From Auanema rhodensis (taxonomy: Eukaryota; Animalia; Nematoda), in NCBI GenBank assembly GCA_964057225.1, contig OZ059899.1:9362001-9426000 (forward strand): DNA of 64,000 bases, given 5' to 3'. Of this stretch, positions 59,501 through 64,000 are shown in pieces. The notes under the pieces were generated by a model. That model made no database searches. It had not been told where the DNA came from and saw only the letters and a list, made by a program, of their open reading frames with translations. Positions within the stretch are counted from its first letter, which is position 1. Every line of letters begins with the position of its first letter. The position numbers and the translations under genes are program-made.

Positions 59501-62500
59501 CCCCTAATGCGTACGAGAGAGGTCGAGAGTTGTATGTAGCAGAAGTATATGACAATGTTCTCCACAAATCAGAGCATAAAACTAAAACGATAATAGATAA
59601 TAAGTTGAATTATGGGTTTGAGAAAGCGCGTCTCTCCATAATTGACGAATTTCATCAACAGTTTCATACCATCTGTAAATCTCAAATGGAAACTGTAAAA
59701 AGCTGGCAAGCTATATTACGTATACATCCTACAATAGGAGTACGAGCTATGCTTCAGCGGGATGATATCGTTGCCCGATTTGTTGGAAGAAATGTTTTAA
59801 AAATAACAACTTGTCAGGAAATAGAACCACATTTCATTTATCGTAATCATTCTTACAATGATAAATGTTATGCAGAGACCCCTGTTTTAACACACGATAA
59901 ACAATTATTCTTTGCTCCTATCGATAGCTACGATTTGAGCACTGAAGGACATGAGATCAATTGTGAACACAAAGAGACAGAAATTTGGTATGAAAATGGA
60001 ACATGGAGAGATTATAAAGGTGACACACATAAAGTAGATAGTATTCATTCAGAAAAACATGATCATTATGCTGAATTGAGTAAACTTCGATTCACAGGGC
60101 GGAATTTGTTTGAAAATTCGACTGAAAAATCCTTAGCCCTATCTATTGGATTAACTTATGGTTATAGTTTATCTACTTCACCTCACCATGATCTTCTCCG
60201 CGTAATTTCTCGTTCACGTGATTGGCCTCAAATTTCCTCTTTCATCTTCAAAGGAAGTAAACTTATAAGAGATGCCAGGAAAATTGTTTTCTCCAATTGG
60301 GATCTGTTCATTGACTTTTGTATAGGTTCAATTGAACGAACACTCATTACCATCGGTTGTATAACTCTGATATTATGTCTAATGATAGCATTATATTTCA
60401 CTATAAAATGTTATCTCTCCCCTACTTCTATGTTAAAAATAAACCATATCATGTTGAGCCCAACAGCTCCACCACTTGAGGGAGATGAGATTCATGAAAC
60501 AGTTAGTGATGAATTGATGCGGAGCTATTTTCCCACCATCATAACTTACATTCCTTTAGCCATACCTTTTGTATGTCACACAACAACAAAGAAAAATGGA
60601 CACTTGTTACCGTTTGTTCATATTGACATTGAAGGTAGAGGACTGTTAGCATTATGGGATTCTGGAGCTACGGTCTCATATATTCCGTTCTCCACATTGG
60701 CATATATTGGAAGACAATATTTTACAAAATATTCTAAATCTGCATCCACTGCAAATGGATCAGAGTTTCGCTTTGTGGGAAAATGCAAGTTAGATGTGGG
60801 TATAGCAGGTTACCAAGTGGAACACGAATTTTTAATATCTGAAGACAATGACTGTCCAGGACAAATGTTACTTGGTACTGATTTTATGCGTACGTTGGAA
60901 GAAAGAGAGATATTTACTACATTAAAACTATGTAAAGGAAAGTTGATTGTTGGTAATATGGAAACACCCTTAGTAAAACCTGGTTGTTTTGCATATAAAA
61001 CCACAACTAAAACAGTAAATATCATAAGTTTGTCCACAGTAACAGTTCCACCACATAGTACCTCCCACATATCTTTGCAAACAGGACCAGAATTAGATTT
61101 TGATCAATATGCTCTTTTAAAATCTAGCACAGGTCCTATCTCAATTCCAGATGCCGCCATAGGACCTTTTCCTATTACTATGGTAGTATCAAACAATTCT
61201 TCAAAGCCAATTAAAATTAATAAAAATGACCACATTGGTTCAGGACTTATAGCATCTAAAGAAATTATGAACGATTATGTTCCACCTGAAGCTGATTGGG
61301 AAGATAAGTTACCAACTTTTCCTCAGCATCTTTTGGATGATTTGAACTTCAATTCTTGCACTCTGTCCCATAAAATGAAGAAAAATCTGATCACAATCAT
61401 TAAGGAAAACCAAACGGCATTTTTCAACCATGATCATAATATTGGTCTCTTTTGCGGACCAGTTGAACATGCCATTCCTATAAGATCTGATATGGATTTT
61501 CCAAAAAGTAGATCTTACAGAGTACCATTGGGTAAGCAAGAAGAAGTAGAACGGCAAGTGAAAGAAATGTTGTCGCAAGGTATAATCGAAAATTCGACGG
61601 CTACTTTCACTAGTCCAGTTGTTCTTGTGAAAAAGAAAGATAATTCTTTCCGGTTCGTTACTGACTTTAGAGCATTGAATAGTGTTACTAAGAAACAAAC
61701 ATACAGCATCCCACACATTCCTGATATCATAGACTTAGCGGCTGGAGCTCAGTTCTTTTCGAATTTTGAAAACTCATTTCTGGTTTCTTCCAAATACCGT
61801 TGAAACACTCAGATAGATACCTAACTGCTTTTACCACTCCATCAGGTACCTATCAGTATTGCCGAATGCCTATGGGATTGTGTGGAGCGCCACACACTTT
61901 TCAATCCGCAGTACGATACTTGCAATCTCTTGTTAGATGCAAACTGTTTGTATATCTAGATGATTTGCTAATAATTTCGAACTCAGCTGAAGAACATTTA
62001 AGAGATATACAAGAAGTGCTGAACAAGGTCACTGAACTAGGGTTAAAAATTAAGTTATCTAAATGTTGCTTTGCAGCCACTGAAGTAAAGTTTTTGGGTT
62101 TTATAATAGGTAGAAATGGTGTTAAACCAGATCCTGCTAAAATACAGGCTGTTTCCGAATTTCCAAATCCAAGCACAGTTACGGCTGTCAGATCCTTTCT
62201 AGGTATGACTAACTATTTTCGACGGTTTATTCAAAATTATGCCGGAATAGCTGAGCCATTGTATAAGTTAACACATAAGGATACTCCTTTTGAGTGGAAA
62301 TCGGAACATGCAGACGCATTTAAAACTTTAAAAACATTACTGTGTACTGCCCCTGTACTGAAACCTCCTAAAGCAGACCAACCTTTTGTTATAGAAAGTG
62401 ATGGCAGTATGATCGCTGTGGGAGCAGTTTTATTGCAATCAGCAGAGAAAAATTCTCCATTACACCCGATTGCGTTCGCTAGTAGAAAGTTGACTCCAGC

Positions 62501-64000
62501 GGAACGGAAATATCCTCCTATTGAAGTTGAAGCACTCGGTTTAGTCTTTGCTCTTCAACAATTCCGTACCTATGTATTAGGAGTACCTACCACAGTTATC
62601 ACAGATCACCGACCATTAACCAGTTTAATGTCGCGTAAAGATCTCATAGGTAGATTAGCCAAGTATCAACTAATGATACAAGATTTCAACATAAAGATTG
62701 AATATCGTCCTGGCAAATTAAACAGTGTCTGTGATGCTCTCTCCAGGTATATAGGAAACGAAGCAAATGACAGTCGTCCTACTAAACCAAAGGACAAAGT
62801 AAAACCTGTTGATGCTTTTATTGCTCATATCACAACTATTTCTTCTATTGACCAACTAAATTGTGAAGAAATACGGAAAGTTCAAGCTGGAGTTCCCTGG
62901 ATTCGCGAAGCACTTTCTCAAATTAATAATGATAACTGTCCGGCTAATATATCAGACCGGTATGAAGAACGAGAAGGCATATTACATGCAAAACAAGCGA
63001 AAAATTATTTGAAACCATCTATTATTTTGCCTCGTAACGACAAAATAACTGATGTTGTTATCAAGTTTTTTCATGAAGATTCCAAAATTGGTGCACACCT
63101 AGGTATAAATAAAACTACTGATGCGATTCGACGACGATTCTTTTGGACTAATATGGTTCCACAAATAACTGAATTTATTAATCGTTGTACAAAATGTGCA
63201 AGTAGGAAATCTTATCCACACCAATCGTATATTCAACTTATGGGAAGATTTGTTATACCCGAAAAGCCATTTGATCGTATTCATGTAGATATACTAGGTC
63301 CTTTACCTCGCACTAATGATGGACATCGATACATCTTGAGTATTCAAGACGCTTTTAGTAAATGGGGAACAACTTGCCCATTAATAACACAAACGGCTAC
63401 TGAAATCACAAAAGCGTTTGTAATTAGATTTGTTTTCATATATGGACCACCAATGAGTATGATAACCGATAATGGTAGTAGCTTTTTGTCATCTGAATTT
63501 CAAGCTATGTGTAAACAATTTGGAATTAAACACACTACTACGCTACCATATCATAAAAATGCTAATGGACAAGTTGAGAGACTTCATAGAACTTTAGAAG
63601 AAGCTCTATCTTCATTCGTGAATGAACAACAAACTAACTGGGATATACACCTACCTAAAGTTATGTTTGCGATCAATACGTTACCAAACTCATCAACATC
63701 TATTAGTCCATATGTTGTATTATTTGGTCGGGATGCAAGACTTCCTATTGACCATCAATTGCCTGGAAATAATCTTCAAACTGAAGAACCAGCCAATCCT
63801 ACAGAAGATTTTGTCAATAGATCGCTAATACAAAATGAAAGCACATCTAATATAGTAAAAGATAGAATTGAAACATGCACAAAGAAGAATGAACAACGGT
63901 ACAATACACGAAATAGAACACAAAATAAAGAAATTCAGGTTAATGACTTAGTTATGATAAAAGTGAATTCTACTCGAAACAAACTAACACCTTCATTCGA
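56531..64000 (+). pseudogene. Frameshifted gag-env-pol polyprotein of copy 2 (fragments 56531-59008, 59062-61803, ~61773->64000)
   Basis: 1-nt deletion at ~58998 (ATGGCCACG vs ATGGCTCACG) in env; +2 change at ~61770 (TTTGAAAACTC vs TTTGATCTC) removes the first catalytic Asp of RT. Confidence 0.88.

Larger units (their letters stand above)
54997..64000 (+). mobile_element. Second copy of the same Gypsy element, opposite orientation, truncated by the window end
   Basis: Near-identical reverse complement of ~7385-16388, including LTR, PBS, leader and ORF. Confidence 0.97.

Overview
AT-rich eukaryotic DNA, most likely from a nematode (inferred from the tRNA-Arg(ACG) sequence type, a BEL/Pao gag and an SL1-like motif). 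The core is a tandem tDNA array (2136-6266 and 16389-54996) built from two unit types: 45 long (~610 bp) units, each with a tRNA-Arg(ACG) gene, and ~38 short (~409 bp) units from which the tRNA is deleted at one shared breakpoint. Three LTR retroelements abut or interrupt the array. (1) The 5' end of a BEL/Pao element (<1-2135, minus strand; tRNA-Gly PBS; gag with three CCHC knuckles). (2) A complete, young Ty3/Gypsy element (6267-16388, minus strand; 381-bp LTRs with 2 mismatches, CTCC target-site duplication, tRNA-Gln PBS). (3) A frameshifted sister copy (54997->64000, plus strand). The most striking feature is the Gypsy element's single ~2,500-aa ORF, ordered Gag - internal signal peptide - herpesvirus-gB-like (class III) envelope glycoprotein - TM - PTAP - protease - dUTPase-like - RT - RNase H - integrase. 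Env thus lies between gag and pol in one membrane-threaded polyprotein. The element's leader also carries an SL1-spliced-leader-like sequence and a candidate CUG start. All calls were made by eye; no database searches were run.
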